Assembly (NCBI GenBank): GCA_024230435.1
Contig: JAAERL010000139.1
Coordinates: 6,339 to 70,338, forward strand
DNA from: Desulfobacteraceae bacterium
GTDB taxonomy: Bacteria; Desulfobacterota; Desulfobacteria; Desulfobacterales; Desulfosarcinaceae
Length of the DNA: 64,000 nucleotides
Direction of reading: 5' to 3'
The position numbers and the translations under genes are program-made. Below, one piece after another: positions 9,174 through 19,218 of the stretch; positions within the stretch are counted from its first letter, which is position 1; the number at the start of each line of letters is the position of its first letter. The notes beneath the pieces were generated by a model. That model worked only from the letters and a program-made list of their open reading frames with translations. It did not search any database and was not told where the DNA came from.

Positions 9174-9986
9174 ATGGCTGGTAAAATCACTACGGTTCTC
9201 GTCAGGAAAGAAGCCGAAGCCTACAATTCCCAGGGATTGCATAAAGAGGCGATTGACTTATACGGTAAATTGCTGGAAACCACTCCAAATATCGATCCTG
9301 ATTTAAAAAACATTATTGAAAACAGGATTAAAGGTATTACAGAAGAGATGAAGGGCTTTGAAGCCCAGCGCAGCAAAGCCTTAACGGCTTATGAAATCAA
9401 CAAGATCCGGCAAGGCTGGGGTGATAGGGCCAGTGAAGAGGAGCTTCTGGTTTGCGCTAAGGCCATGAGCCAGATGGGCGCTTATGACGAGGCTATGGTT
9501 GAATTCGAATCCTTGCTCTATAGAGGCGCGGATATGGCCGTTATTGCAGGCCCCATAACAAATTGCATGGTTCACTTACATGATGACGCGAATAAGTTTA
9601 ATGACGCCTTGAAAACGCTGATCGGTAAAGCCAGGCTGAATGATAAAAAAGCACTGCTTTTGAAATTAGCTGTTTCAAAAGAACTATTGAGGGAAAATCA
9701 TAAGGCCCACGTTGTTAAATTGTACAGCCAATTGCAAAACAATCCTCTTTTATCTGTTGATAAGGCATTGCAAATTAAAGAGTTTTTAGGAAAATACCAC
9801 TTTGTCCAAACCGATGAAAAATCAGAACCAAAAAAAGAAAAAGTGGTTAAAATTCGTATAGTTGAAGACAATCCTCCGAAATCATTTAACAAGATCAAAT
9901 CAATTTTTATTTTATTTCAAAACAGGTTGCTATCTTTTTTCAATTTTTTCAAAAACCGGCATTGCAACTTCGACAGTAAGCGGTAG
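9174..9986 (+). CDS. hypothetical protein with TPR-like helical repeats
   Basis: 270-aa ORF preceded by GGGGGG/GGTG RBS-like sequence. Has a TPR-like segment (EAEAYNSQGLHKEAIDLYGKLLETTPN). The C-terminal 40 aa are low complexity, so the end is uncertain. Confidence 0.45.
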   Translation: MAGKITTVLVRKEAEAYNSQGLHKEAIDLYGKLLETTPNIDPDLKNIIENRIKGITEEMKGFEAQRSKALTAYEINKIRQGWGDRASEEELLVCAKAMSQMGAYDEAMVEFESLLYRGADMAVIAGPITNCMVHLHDDANKFNDALKTLIGKARLNDKKALLLKLAVSKELLRENHKAHVVKLYSQLQNNPLLSVDKALQIKEFLGKYHFVQTDEKSEPKKEKVVKIRIVEDNPPKSFNKIKSIFILFQNRLLSFFNFFKNRHCNFDSKR

Positions 9987-10797
9987 GGGCAATGGATCAT
10001 TATTTCGTATTGTCTGATCGGGATATAATTCAAGTAAAAAGGGGCTGACGTTGTTTAAATCCAACACAGAAGTTGGGCAAATTAACAAAAACTTGATCAT
10101 TGAGTATGAGCTAATATTGCCCGTTTCGCATATCTTCATTTGAAAAGAGGCTTGGTGTAACATCATTGCGCAAGGTTAATGATGGTTTCTAAAATGCTCA
10201 GGCCGATGCAAGCGATTGAAAACATAATCAGCCAGTAAGTGTGTGTTGACATGTCATAGGCCTTACATTTAATGGCTGTAATGTGACTGCTCCCGGCAAT
10301 AAATTACCGGAAATTTTCGCCGGATAATCTTAAAACTAATGAAATGTGTTTCATTTTTATTTGAGCACTATAATACATCCAATAACAAAAATATTCGCCC
10401 CATACCTTATATTTTTTAAGCAATCAAACCTTTATTTATTTTGAGTTTTTCTGGAGCACATCGTTCATTTGTCAACGGTCACTATATTAGCGGCTGAGTC
10501 TTTTGGGCCAGGGCTGATTCACTTTCGGTCCTTGAGGCAAAGGTTGAACAGTGTTATTAGGTATTATTGGTTTTATTCATAACTACCGCTTTACGGGGGC
10601 TGGACATTGCAAATTAGCCGATTTTAATTGTTTTTAAGTCTGTTTTCAGCGGTTGTTGCAAAGTACGTGGATACAATGAACACTATATTTGTTGACGAGT
10701 ATTGAAACGAATTTAAATTTAGCGCAATCCAGGGGCATTTGTAACTTTTATGGCCTAAAATCAACAAGTGCCTGAATCTGAATTTGGATATTAGCTA

Positions 10798-12024
10798 ATG
10801 TTAGATAATTCAAGCGGAAAACAGTCAGAGCAGATGCACGCTAACATAACACGTTCCATTAGTCTGTCTGATAAAACAAGTATGAACATGTACCGGCAGA
10901 CGCCGGAACGCGGACCTAAGGTGCTATTTTTTTGCGGCGGTACAGCCTTACGAGCAGTGAGCGCCGAATTAGTTAATTTTACGCATAATTCCATTCATAT
11001 CATCACTCCCATCGATTCTGGCGGAAGTTCCGCTGTTTTAAAGGGAGCCTTTCAGATGCCCGCCATTGGCGATATCCGCAATCGGCTGATGGCCTTATCA
11101 GATCAGAAGTTTATTGGTGATTCGAAAATTATCGATTTTTTGAATTATCGCTTTCCAAAGGACCAGCAAAACAAACATTTGCGAACAATTTTTGACGAAA
11201 TGATATCCGGTTGCCATCACTTGGTTTCTCAGATTCCGGAATTTGAGAAAAAAATGATTCAAAAGCAGTTGGCTGACTTTCGTTGCGCAATGCCGGAATA
11301 TTTTGATTTAAGAGGAGCGTGTATCGGAAATTTGATCCTGGCCGGCGGATATCTCTCAAACCGCCGGCGTCTCAAGTCTATGATCAATATGTTTTCAAAG
11401 CTGGTAAATGCGCGCGGTATAGTTAGCCCCATTACTGATGAAAATCTGAATCTAGTCGCTGAACTCGAAGACGGGCGGCTCATTGTCGGGCAACATTTAA
11501 TCACGGGTAAGGAGGTTGCCCCCATCCGGGAAAAGGTCAAATCGGTATATTTATCTTTAGCAAACGGAGACCACAAGCCTGTTCAGATTTGCGTTGGGGA
11601 TAATATACGCAGCCTGATTGAGCAGGCGGATCTTATTTGCTACCCTATGGGCAGTTTTTTTTCCAGTCTAATTAGTAACTTGCTTCCAGAAGGGGTTGGC
11701 GGGGCAATCAGCAAAAACCGCTGTCCTAAAATTTTTATTCCAAGCACGGGTATTGACCCGGAATGTTATGGCATGACAGTTGCCGGCCAATTGGCATGCC
11801 TGCTCAAGTACCTTCGCCGCGATGACCCTGATAAGATAGATATCAGAGACGTTCTCGATTTCATTTTGGTTGATACAAAAAATGGCCTCTATCCGGGGAC
11901 GGTGGATATCGCAGATTTTAGGCGGCAGGGAATTCAAACAATTGACTGTCATATGGTGAGCAAGCGAAGCGATCCTATGATTGATGAAAAGTTGTTGGTG
12001 CCGATTTTACTCTCCCTGGTTTAA
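10798..12024 (+). CDS. CofD/YvcK (UPF0052) family protein, CofD-like
   Basis: VLFFCGGTALRAVS...ITPIDSGGSSAVLKGAFQMPAIGDIRNRLMAL matches the CofD-related pattern as I recall it for the 'GAK system CofD-like' subgroup. The start is uncertain, with alternative Met codons downstream. Confidence 0.65.
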   Translation: MLDNSSGKQSEQMHANITRSISLSDKTSMNMYRQTPERGPKVLFFCGGTALRAVSAELVNFTHNSIHIITPIDSGGSSAVLKGAFQMPAIGDIRNRLMALSDQKFIGDSKIIDFLNYRFPKDQQNKHLRTIFDEMISGCHHLVSQIPEFEKKMIQKQLADFRCAMPEYFDLRGACIGNLILAGGYLSNRRRLKSMINMFSKLVNARGIVSPITDENLNLVAELEDGRLIVGQHLITGKEVAPIREKVKSVYLSLANGDHKPVQICVGDNIRSLIEQADLICYPMGSFFSSLISNLLPEGVGGAISKNRCPKIFIPSTGIDPECYGMTVAGQLACLLKYLRRDDPDKIDIRDVLDFILVDTKNGLYPGTVDIADFRRQGIQTIDCHMVSKRSDPMIDEKLLVPILLSLV

Positions 12025-12726
12025 CATTGCTTTAATTTGCTTTAAGTCATTTTTTAGCCTGAATTTTTGTGGGAAAAAAATTGTACGTTTTTTTATCCTG
12101 TTTTTTAATTTTCGTTGACTGATTTTCTATTCATTTCGATTGTTACAGACCATTTCATTTTTGACCGCAATATAAAGATACTGATAGGTTTTTGAGTTCG
12201 CACCATATTTTTGAACAAGGTGATTTTTTGATCCTCGTTGAATTGATTTGAAAGTGCTCACAGTGATCGCTGCGAAGAGTCAAAATTAAAAATGCCGATT
12301 TCGATCATGGAGTGCAAATTTCGTAATTGCCCTTATTTACCGTTGAATCAGGCCTATATACTTGTTACTGTTTTGTCCGTGAGGTATTGGCGTTGTTGCT
12401 CCATATAAACTTGTATTAGGCTTCGAGTTTAAATATTAGCTCTTATGCTCAATACCGCCATGAAGCCTAGCCTTTATTGTTAGGAACAGTAAGTTAACTT
12501 CGGGTACCTAAATCCTACCAAGGCTTCAATAAAGAATCTTCCTTTAATACATGGAAGCTGTTCACACAGTGCACATTTTTTCTTCACGCAAGCGCTTACA
12601 TTACTGGAAATTAATACCTTAGACGGGTTTAATATCTGGTGCAGCATATATGTAACCCAGGGAGCGGAGCTATGCCTGGATTGCGGCAAGGACAGGTGTT
12701 TTACAGGATAATATTCAATTTCATTG

Positions 12727-12756
12727 TTGATGTCTCGCCTTTTTTGTTGGTATTAT
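12727..12756 (+). promoter_or_regulatory. candidate sigma70-type promoter upstream of ugd
   Basis: TTGATG, an 18-nt spacer, then TATTAT, about 60 nt upstream of the ugd ATG. Pattern match only. Confidence 0.25.
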
Positions 12757-12817
12757 CTCTAAGTTATTGATGCTACATTAAAATTAAAAAATAGCTGATA
12801 GTAAATAGGAGACACGA

Positions 12818-14143
12818 ATGAATTTGTGTATTGTTGGAACAGGTTATGTGGGATTGGTCACCGCTGCCTGTTTTGCCGAGATGGGCAATAATGTTCATTG
12901 CGTGGACATTAATCCGGCTGTTATCAATAAGCTTCAGGAGGGAATTATTCCCATTTACGAGCCGGGTCTTGAACAAATCGTTGTTCGTAACCGCGATGAT
13001 GGCCGATTGAACTTTACCACCAATTTGGCCGAAGGGCTTAAAGATGCGCTGTTTGTTTTCAATTGCGTGGGAACGCCTCCAAAAGACGATGGCAGCAGTG
13101 ATCTAAGCTATGTTTACCAGGTCGCCGCCGATATCGGAGATTTGATTGAGGACTACCTTATTGTAATTAATAAATCCACGGTTCCGGTAGGCACAGCCGA
13201 TGAGGTGCGCAGGATTATTTCCGGGAAGCTGCAAGCCAGGGGAATGAAAATTGATTTCGACGTGGTGTCCAATCCCGAATTTTTGAAGGAAGGCGATGCT
13301 GTCAATGATTTTATGAAGCCTGACCGTGTTGTGGTCGGAAGCGATAATATTCGAACAGCAAAACTGATGGAAGCCTTGTATGCGCCGTTTGCCAGGAGCC
13401 GCGATAAACTTATCACCATGGACATTCGAAGTGCCGAAATGACCAAATATGCCGCAAATTGCATGTTGGCGGCTAAAATATCGTTTATTAATGAAATTGC
13501 CAATATTTGTGAAAAAGTGGGCGCCGATGTCAACGACATCCGCAGGGGAATCGGTGCGGATCACCGAATCGGCTATCATTTCATTTATCCGGGTATTGGA
13601 TACGGCGGGTCTTGTTTTCCCAAGGATGTTAAAGCGCTGATTTCCACGGCCAAAGCGCAGGACTACAATCCGGAATTGCTTGAATCGGTTGATCTTGTAA
13701 ACAATCGCCAAAAATTACGGCTTGCGGGAAAAATCGTGGCTCATTTTGACTCTCAGCCTAATTTAAACAATAAATGTATCGCTGTATGGGGGCTGGCCTT
13801 TAAAGCAAACACCGATGATATTCGTGAATCGCCGTCAATTGCCATGATTGAAACACTAAAGGCGAAAGGCTTTAAAATTCGGGCCTATGACCCCGAAGCC
13901 GGTGAAAATGCACGTGCTTTGTTTGAGAACCAATCCGGTATTCAAATAGTGGATGATCAATACGAAACCCTTGAAGGCGCGGATGCGTTGGCCATTGTGA
14001 CGGAATGGAACCAGTTCCGCAATCCGGATTTTACCAAGATAAAAAAACAATTAAAAGCGCCGGTGATTTTTGACGGGCGAAATTTATATTCATCATCGTT
14101 GATGTTTGACTTAGGCTATACTTACTTTAGCATCGGCCGTTGA
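12818..14143 (+). CDS. ugd: UDP-glucose 6-dehydrogenase
   Basis: N-terminal Rossmann motif IVGTGYVGLVTAACFA and catalytic-Cys motif GYGGSCFPKDV. 441 aa, typical of the UDP-glucose/GDP-mannose dehydrogenase family. RBS AGGAGA precedes the ATG. Confidence 0.9.
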   Translation: MNLCIVGTGYVGLVTAACFAEMGNNVHCVDINPAVINKLQEGIIPIYEPGLEQIVVRNRDDGRLNFTTNLAEGLKDALFVFNCVGTPPKDDGSSDLSYVYQVAADIGDLIEDYLIVINKSTVPVGTADEVRRIISGKLQARGMKIDFDVVSNPEFLKEGDAVNDFMKPDRVVVGSDNIRTAKLMEALYAPFARSRDKLITMDIRSAEMTKYAANCMLAAKISFINEIANICEKVGADVNDIRRGIGADHRIGYHFIYPGIGYGGSCFPKDVKALISTAKAQDYNPELLESVDLVNNRQKLRLAGKIVAHFDSQPNLNNKCIAVWGLAFKANTDDIRESPSIAMIETLKAKGFKIRAYDPEAGENARALFENQSGIQIVDDQYETLEGADALAIVTEWNQFRNPDFTKIKKQLKAPVIFDGRNLYSSSLMFDLGYTYFSIGR

Positions 14144-14186
14144 TGCGCTTCGTTAATTGCTAAAATAGTTCAGGTTTTTAGAAATA

Positions 14187-14993
14187 ATGTCAGACACTGA
14201 AGTCATATCAATTATTATGGCCGCCGGGCGAGGCAGCCGCATGAAGGAATACAAGGGTAATAAAACATTGTTACCCTTGGTTCCCGGATCTTCTTACTTC
14301 GAAGGCCGGAAACCTATTTTACGCCATATTCTGAAAAATTTGCCTGCCGGGCCCAAGGCAATAGTCGTCAATCACTGCAAACGTGATGTTATGGCCGCCA
14401 CAAGCAACATGGATCTGAACTATTGCGAGCAAACTGTGCTCAATGGCACCGGCGGCGCCATTCTGGCAACAGAATCTTTTCTCGGAATGCAATCGTGCCC
14501 GCATGTCATTATCACTATGGGTGACGTGCCTTTTGTTAAACCGGAAACTTACCGGCTGCTAGTAGAGCAGCTCAAGCAGAATGATTTGGTAATTTTGGGA
14601 TTTCGTCCAATTGATAAAAAACAGTATGGCGTGCTGGAAATCGAATCCGGCCGCGTGAAAAAGATAACCGAATGGAAATACTGGAAAGACTATCCATCTG
14701 AAAAGCAGCAACAGTTGAACGTTTGCAATTCAGGTATTTATGCAGTGACAACACAAGCGCTTCGCAAATATCTTCCGGTTATGGCCATAAGGCCGGAAAT
14801 TGTTTACAAAGAAATCAATGGCAAACAAATTGCTATCGAGGAGTATTTTATCACAGATTTGATTGAGTACATGGTTCAAGACGGCCGAATCGCAGGTTAC
14901 TTCGAGGCCGGAGACGAAACCGAAACCATGGGGATTGATGATAAGGATTCATTGATCAAAGCTCAGCAGATCTTTAAAACCTTATCTGATTGA
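14187..14993 (+). CDS. sugar-phosphate nucleotidyltransferase (GlmU N-terminal-like, no hexapeptide domain)
   Basis: IIMAAGRGSRMK...KTLLPL is the NTP-transferase signature. The 268-aa length covers only the nucleotidyltransferase fold. Confidence 0.75.
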   Translation: MSDTEVISIIMAAGRGSRMKEYKGNKTLLPLVPGSSYFEGRKPILRHILKNLPAGPKAIVVNHCKRDVMAATSNMDLNYCEQTVLNGTGGAILATESFLGMQSCPHVIITMGDVPFVKPETYRLLVEQLKQNDLVILGFRPIDKKQYGVLEIESGRVKKITEWKYWKDYPSEKQQQLNVCNSGIYAVTTQALRKYLPVMAIRPEIVYKEINGKQIAIEEYFITDLIEYMVQDGRIAGYFEAGDETETMGIDDKDSLIKAQQIFKTLSD

Positions 14994-15040
14994 TTCAGGT
15001 TGATTTAGCGGCTTTAGCGCCGTGAACCATCAGTTGGACC

Positions 15041-15095
15041 GGCAGAATCGCCAGCATAATCAAACGCTAATTGCTATTATGCTGGCGAATCCGCC
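15041..15095. repeat. long intergenic stem-loop (20-nt arms, 18/20 paired, 15-nt loop)
   Basis: GGCAGAATCGCCAGCATAAT (15041-15060) pairs with ATTATGCTGGCGAATCCGCC (15076-15095). No T-tract follows. Confidence 0.6.
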
Positions 15096-15217
15096 GATCA
15101 ACCCGCGCCTGTTTGGCTCTTTGCAGTCCGGTGCGATTATTGATTGAGGTTTCTGGGCCATGCAGTCTCTACCGTGATTATCTCCAGCTTTGGTATCATA
15201 AGGATAAGTAAAGAATA

Positions 15218-15799
15218 ATGAATATTATAATCCCTAAAAAGATTCCTGAATGGTTACATGATGAGGTAAAGGAATATTTTATCACTTTACAATTTGAGCC
15301 AGAGACCATTTTAGATATTGGTGCGAATATAGGGGCATTCGCTTATCAGGCACACAGGAAATGGCCACAAGCTCAAATGGTTTGTTGCGAACCGATGCCA
15401 TTCAATGTTTGCTGCCTTCGACAAAATGTTTCTGCCACCAACACGACGATCATATCCGCAGCAGTCCGTGAGCATAGCGGAGTCGATGAGATATTCATCG
15501 GTAACAATTTTGTGACGGGCGGGTTTGTTGACTTTGGCAGGCAAACGCAGCGAAAAATTTTAGTTGAGTGCATCGCGGCAAAAGAATTACCTTCCTGCGA
15601 ACTATTGAAAATCGATACGGAAGGTTGTGAGGTAGAGATTTTAAAGAATCTTCTCTTAAACAAAACGCATGCAATTTTTATTGAGCATCACAGCCGAGCT
15701 GATGCGGAGACAATCAAAGCAATGCTGTCAACAGACTTTGACTTGATCGGTGGCGATTCTGGTAAAGCGATTGGGACGTTCAAATTCTTAAGGAGATGA
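15218..15799 (+). CDS. FkbM family methyltransferase
   Basis: ILDIGANIGAFAY (SAM-binding) and LLKIDTEGCEVEIL are the characteristic FkbM-family motifs. Confidence 0.8.
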   Translation: MNIIIPKKIPEWLHDEVKEYFITLQFEPETILDIGANIGAFAYQAHRKWPQAQMVCCEPMPFNVCCLRQNVSATNTTIISAAVREHSGVDEIFIGNNFVTGGFVDFGRQTQRKILVECIAAKELPSCELLKIDTEGCEVEILKNLLLNKTHAIFIEHHSRADAETIKAMLSTDFDLIGGDSGKAIGTFKFLRR

Positions 15800-16172
15800 A
15801 CGTTCCTAAGCCCGAGAATAAAAAGGGGCTTGGTTTTAATATCGTCTACTAACTATGAGGCATTCAGGCCATTGTTTGATATCTCGCTGAATCTATATAT
15901 TTTATTCAACAAAATCTATAAGCGTTGAATCACAATGGCTCAAGTTAAAACCAAGCCCATAAAAAGTTTTATCCGAAACCTGCTTTCCGCGCCACTTAAG
16001 GTGCAAAATCCCCGGTTTTGCTTGTCCTGATTTTTGTTTTTATTTTTTTAAGCCTTTGAAAAACATACCTAAATCCTACATGAAACACCTCGCGTGAACT
16101 TCCACGCTCTTTTTAAAAAAACAATCCTAAACAAATCGAGTTGTTGCGCTCATCTGTTGAGTTGAAGAATCT

Positions 16173-17170
16173 ATGAAAGAACGAAATGGGACAGTTTTGG
16201 TAATCGGCGGCACCGGCTATATTGGCAGCCATATGGTTAAGCTGCTAACCGAAAGCGGCCGTAAGCTGTTTGTGCTTGATGACCTTTCAACCGGCCATCG
16301 CAGTTTGTTAAACAGTTGTAAACATATTGTGGGAAAATTAGGCGATAGAGAGCTGCTAAAACACATTTTTAATGAAAATGAAATTATAGCGGTAATGCAT
16401 TTTGCTGCCTATTCGCTGGTGGGAGAGTCTGTTTCATCCCCATTGAAATACTATATAAACAATATCACTGAAACGATAGCTCTTCTTGAGGAGATGATAA
16501 ACCATGGGCCAATGAAATTTATCTTTTCCTCAACTGCGGCAGTCTATGGCGAGCCGAAACAAACACCAATCGTAGAAAATCATCCCTGTCGGCCAACCAA
16601 TCCTTATGGTTCGACGAAATTATGTATCGAAAAGCTGCTGAGACAATGCGATCAAGCGTATGGTTTGAAATTTATTTGCCTTCGTTATTCAATGCAGCCG
16701 GAGCAGATCCGTCTGCAACGATAGGAGAGATGCACTCGCCTGAAACTCATCTGATTCCATTGGTTCTAAAGAGCGCTATGTCCAATACGCCGATACAAAT
16801 TTTTGGGACCGACTACCCGACCCAAGACGGGACCTGTATACGTGATATGTACATGTCAATGAATTTAGCTCAGGCGCGTTTACTTGCCTTGGATGAGCTT
16901 TTGAATGATGGCCCGAGTCGTATTTACAATCTTGGCAATAATAGCGGCTATTCAGTACGCCAAGTTATTGAAGCCGCAAGATTGGTGACGGGCAAACGCA
17001 TTTACATAGTAGAAAAGTGCCGGCGGCCAGGCGACCCGGCGATTTTGGTTGTCAATGCAGACAAAATCAAACGGGAATTGAACTGGCGCCCTGTTTATAA
17101 GGACTTGGAAACTATTATCGAAACAGCATGGAAGTGGGAATTGTTTCGCAAATCGTCAAACCTCATCTGA
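16173..17170 (+). pseudogene. galE: UDP-glucose 4-epimerase, frameshifted
   Basis: Two overlapping ORFs (16173-16724 in frame 0, 16622-17170 in frame 2) together give a full GalE: VIGGTGYIGSH, the YGSTK catalytic YxxxK, and [19 protein letters not shown]. The expected [11 protein letters not shown] reads LRYS-MQPEQ because one T is missing in CGTTATTC at about 16687-16689. Confidence 0.8.
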
Positions 17171-17470
17171 TGCTTAGAGTTTGTATGGCAATTAATAAAT
17201 CGGAGATAAAAACGCGTAAGCGTTACAAAATAAAGCAAGTTTACGGTAATTGACCGCCTATTGATCTCAAATTTACGGCATTTTTGTCTTGCCCTCACAC
17301 TTTTTCGTCAAATTTATCCTGTTAACTGTTAATCCGATGTTTAAGTTTTTTCGTCACTATGTGTAAAAATGTCATGTAACTCCTTGATATTATGATAATA
17401 CAAAGCTTAATAGGTAAATTTTCAGATTTTATAAATTCAGGTGCTTAGCAAAAAACTTGAACATCAAGTG

Positions 17471-17636
17471 TTAAGGCGATTGGCGGAAAAGAATATACCA
17501 GATTGAGCAGGATTTTTTTTCGTCTTTAAGGCATGCCAAAGTTTGCATACTTTACGTATTCGAACCTATGGCATAACACACTATACGGGAAAAAAGGCAT
17601 GTAAGAAAATATATTATTTAACACAAATCGCCTAAG
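17471..17636 (+). repeat. repeat family A, long copy A2
   Basis: TTAAGGCGATTGGCGGAAAAGAATATACCAGATTGAGCAGGATTTTTTTTCGTCTT...AAATCGCCTAAG. Intergenic, between galE and wecB. Confidence 0.85.
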
Positions 17637-17858
17637 GTAAATTATATTCCCTTTCGAAAATTATCGCTCCTTTTTTTACTACCATCCACGTGGCCATTAG
17701 CAATACCGGCAAATCACCCATTTCAGCGATGGTAAGATTCTATCCAAAAATTCAAATAAATACTTCTATAGATATCAAGCATATCCATGTATTGACAATG
17801 ATGCTCTGGTAAAGAATTGCTTTCGCAGCTACAAAAAAATGACAATTTAAGCTAAAAC

Positions 17859-18959
17859 ATGGAAAAGAAACTGATTCATCTTATTTCTGCAGTCCGCCCC
17901 AATTTTATGAAAATTGCGCCTTTGTATCACGCCCTTTGCAAAGAACAATGGGTGCAAACTCAGATTATCCATACAGGCCAGCATTATGATGTGAATATGT
18001 CGGATGCTTTTTTTAGGGATTTAATGCTTCCCAAGCCGCATATGCATTTAGGAATCGGAAGCGGCACCCACGCAGAGCAGACTGGCAAAGTGATGATAGC
18101 CTATGAAAAAGTGTTGCAAAAAAAACAACCTGATCTGGTTATTGTCGTAGGTGATGTGAACTCTACAGTTGCTGTAACTTTAGCGGCGGTGAAACTCGGC
18201 GTTAAAGTAGCTCATTTGGAAGCCGGTTTACGGTCTTTCGATCGTGATATGCCCGAGGAGATTAACCGTATTGTTACGGATTCGCTTGCTGATATTTTAT
18301 GGACGCCCTCGCCCGACGGCGATGATAATTTAAAAAGAGAAGGTGTTGACGAGGAAAAAATAAAACGAGTCGGAAATATCATGATCGACTCTCTGGAAAT
18401 GCTTCGTCCAAAGATAGAACAGCAGGTTGCTTGTAAAGAATATGGTTTGGATGACCGGCCTTTTGGCGTAGTAACACTTCACAGGCCATCTAATGTAGAT
18501 AAACCTGAAGCATTAAAAGCAATAGCAAAATCGCTCAGTAAAATTGCCTGTACACTAAATTTGGTTTTTCCCGTTCATCCCAGGACCTACAAAAATCTCG
18601 AAAATTTCGATTGTTTGTCTTTATTAGAAAAAACCCGAAATTTACATCTGTTGAGCCCAATGGGATATATTCAGTTTATGAGTATTGTCTTTCGTTCAAA
18701 GCTGATCATTACCGACTCGGGGGGAATACAAGAAGAATCGACATATCTTGGCATCCCTTGTATTACGTTAAGATCGAACACTGAAAGACCGATTACCATA
18801 ACCCAGGGCACAAATAAATTGTGCGATCCGAATCAATTATTGGAAATGGCGGAATCCGCTATCAAGAACACGCGAGCAAAGAAACCGGGCATCGAGCTGT
18901 GGGACGGTAAGACGGCGCAAAGAGTTGTCGAATCAATCCGTGAGTATTTGTTTCGATAA
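17859..18959 (+). CDS. wecB: UDP-N-acetylglucosamine 2-epimerase (non-hydrolysing)
   Basis: RPNFMKIAPL, HTGQHYD, GSGTHAEQT, VGDVNST and ITDSGGIQEE are canonical WecB/MnaA motifs. 366 aa. Confidence 0.9.
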   Translation: MEKKLIHLISAVRPNFMKIAPLYHALCKEQWVQTQIIHTGQHYDVNMSDAFFRDLMLPKPHMHLGIGSGTHAEQTGKVMIAYEKVLQKKQPDLVIVVGDVNSTVAVTLAAVKLGVKVAHLEAGLRSFDRDMPEEINRIVTDSLADILWTPSPDGDDNLKREGVDEEKIKRVGNIMIDSLEMLRPKIEQQVACKEYGLDDRPFGVVTLHRPSNVDKPEALKAIAKSLSKIACTLNLVFPVHPRTYKNLENFDCLSLLEKTRNLHLLSPMGYIQFMSIVFRSKLIITDSGGIQEESTYLGIPCITLRSNTERPITITQGTNKLCDPNQLLEMAESAIKNTRAKKPGIELWDGKTAQRVVESIREYLFR

Positions 18960-18963
18960 GGGT

Positions 18964-19130
18964 TTTTGAAGCTGTAAAATTTCACTCTTGTTCATCTTGA
19001 TTTATATGCCTTTTGAATTCGTTTTTCTCTGTTGCTACGATGGGCAAAGACGGTGAGTATGCAATGATTTTTGTTTTTTGAAAACAAATCCAAAACCGGC
19101 GCAATAACGGTATATTTACAGCTTCAAAGG
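18964..19130 (+). repeat. repeat family B, copy B1 (second MITE-like imperfect palindrome)
   Basis: TTGAAGCTGTAAAATTTCAC...GAATTCGTTTTT...GAGTATGC...GAAAACAAATCCAAAACCGGCGCAATAACGGTATATTTACAGCTTCAAAGG. It starts 5 nt after the wecB stop and is homologous to 35023-35189 and 36858-37027. Confidence 0.75.
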
Positions 19131-19218
19131 CTCTTGGTGCGCCGATGGGCAGTGTTTGGCGGCACAAGCCCGTATTAGTTCAGTTTGTACCAGAGAGTAA
19201 TTTTAAACGAGGTAATTG

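Noticed and set aside
10163-10252. 29-codon hydrophobic mini-ORF on the minus strand (MSTHTYWLIMFSIACIGLSILETIINLAQ)
   Set aside because: There is no obvious RBS and no recognisable family, and conservation cannot be assessed here. An ORF of this size in AT-rich DNA is expected by chance.
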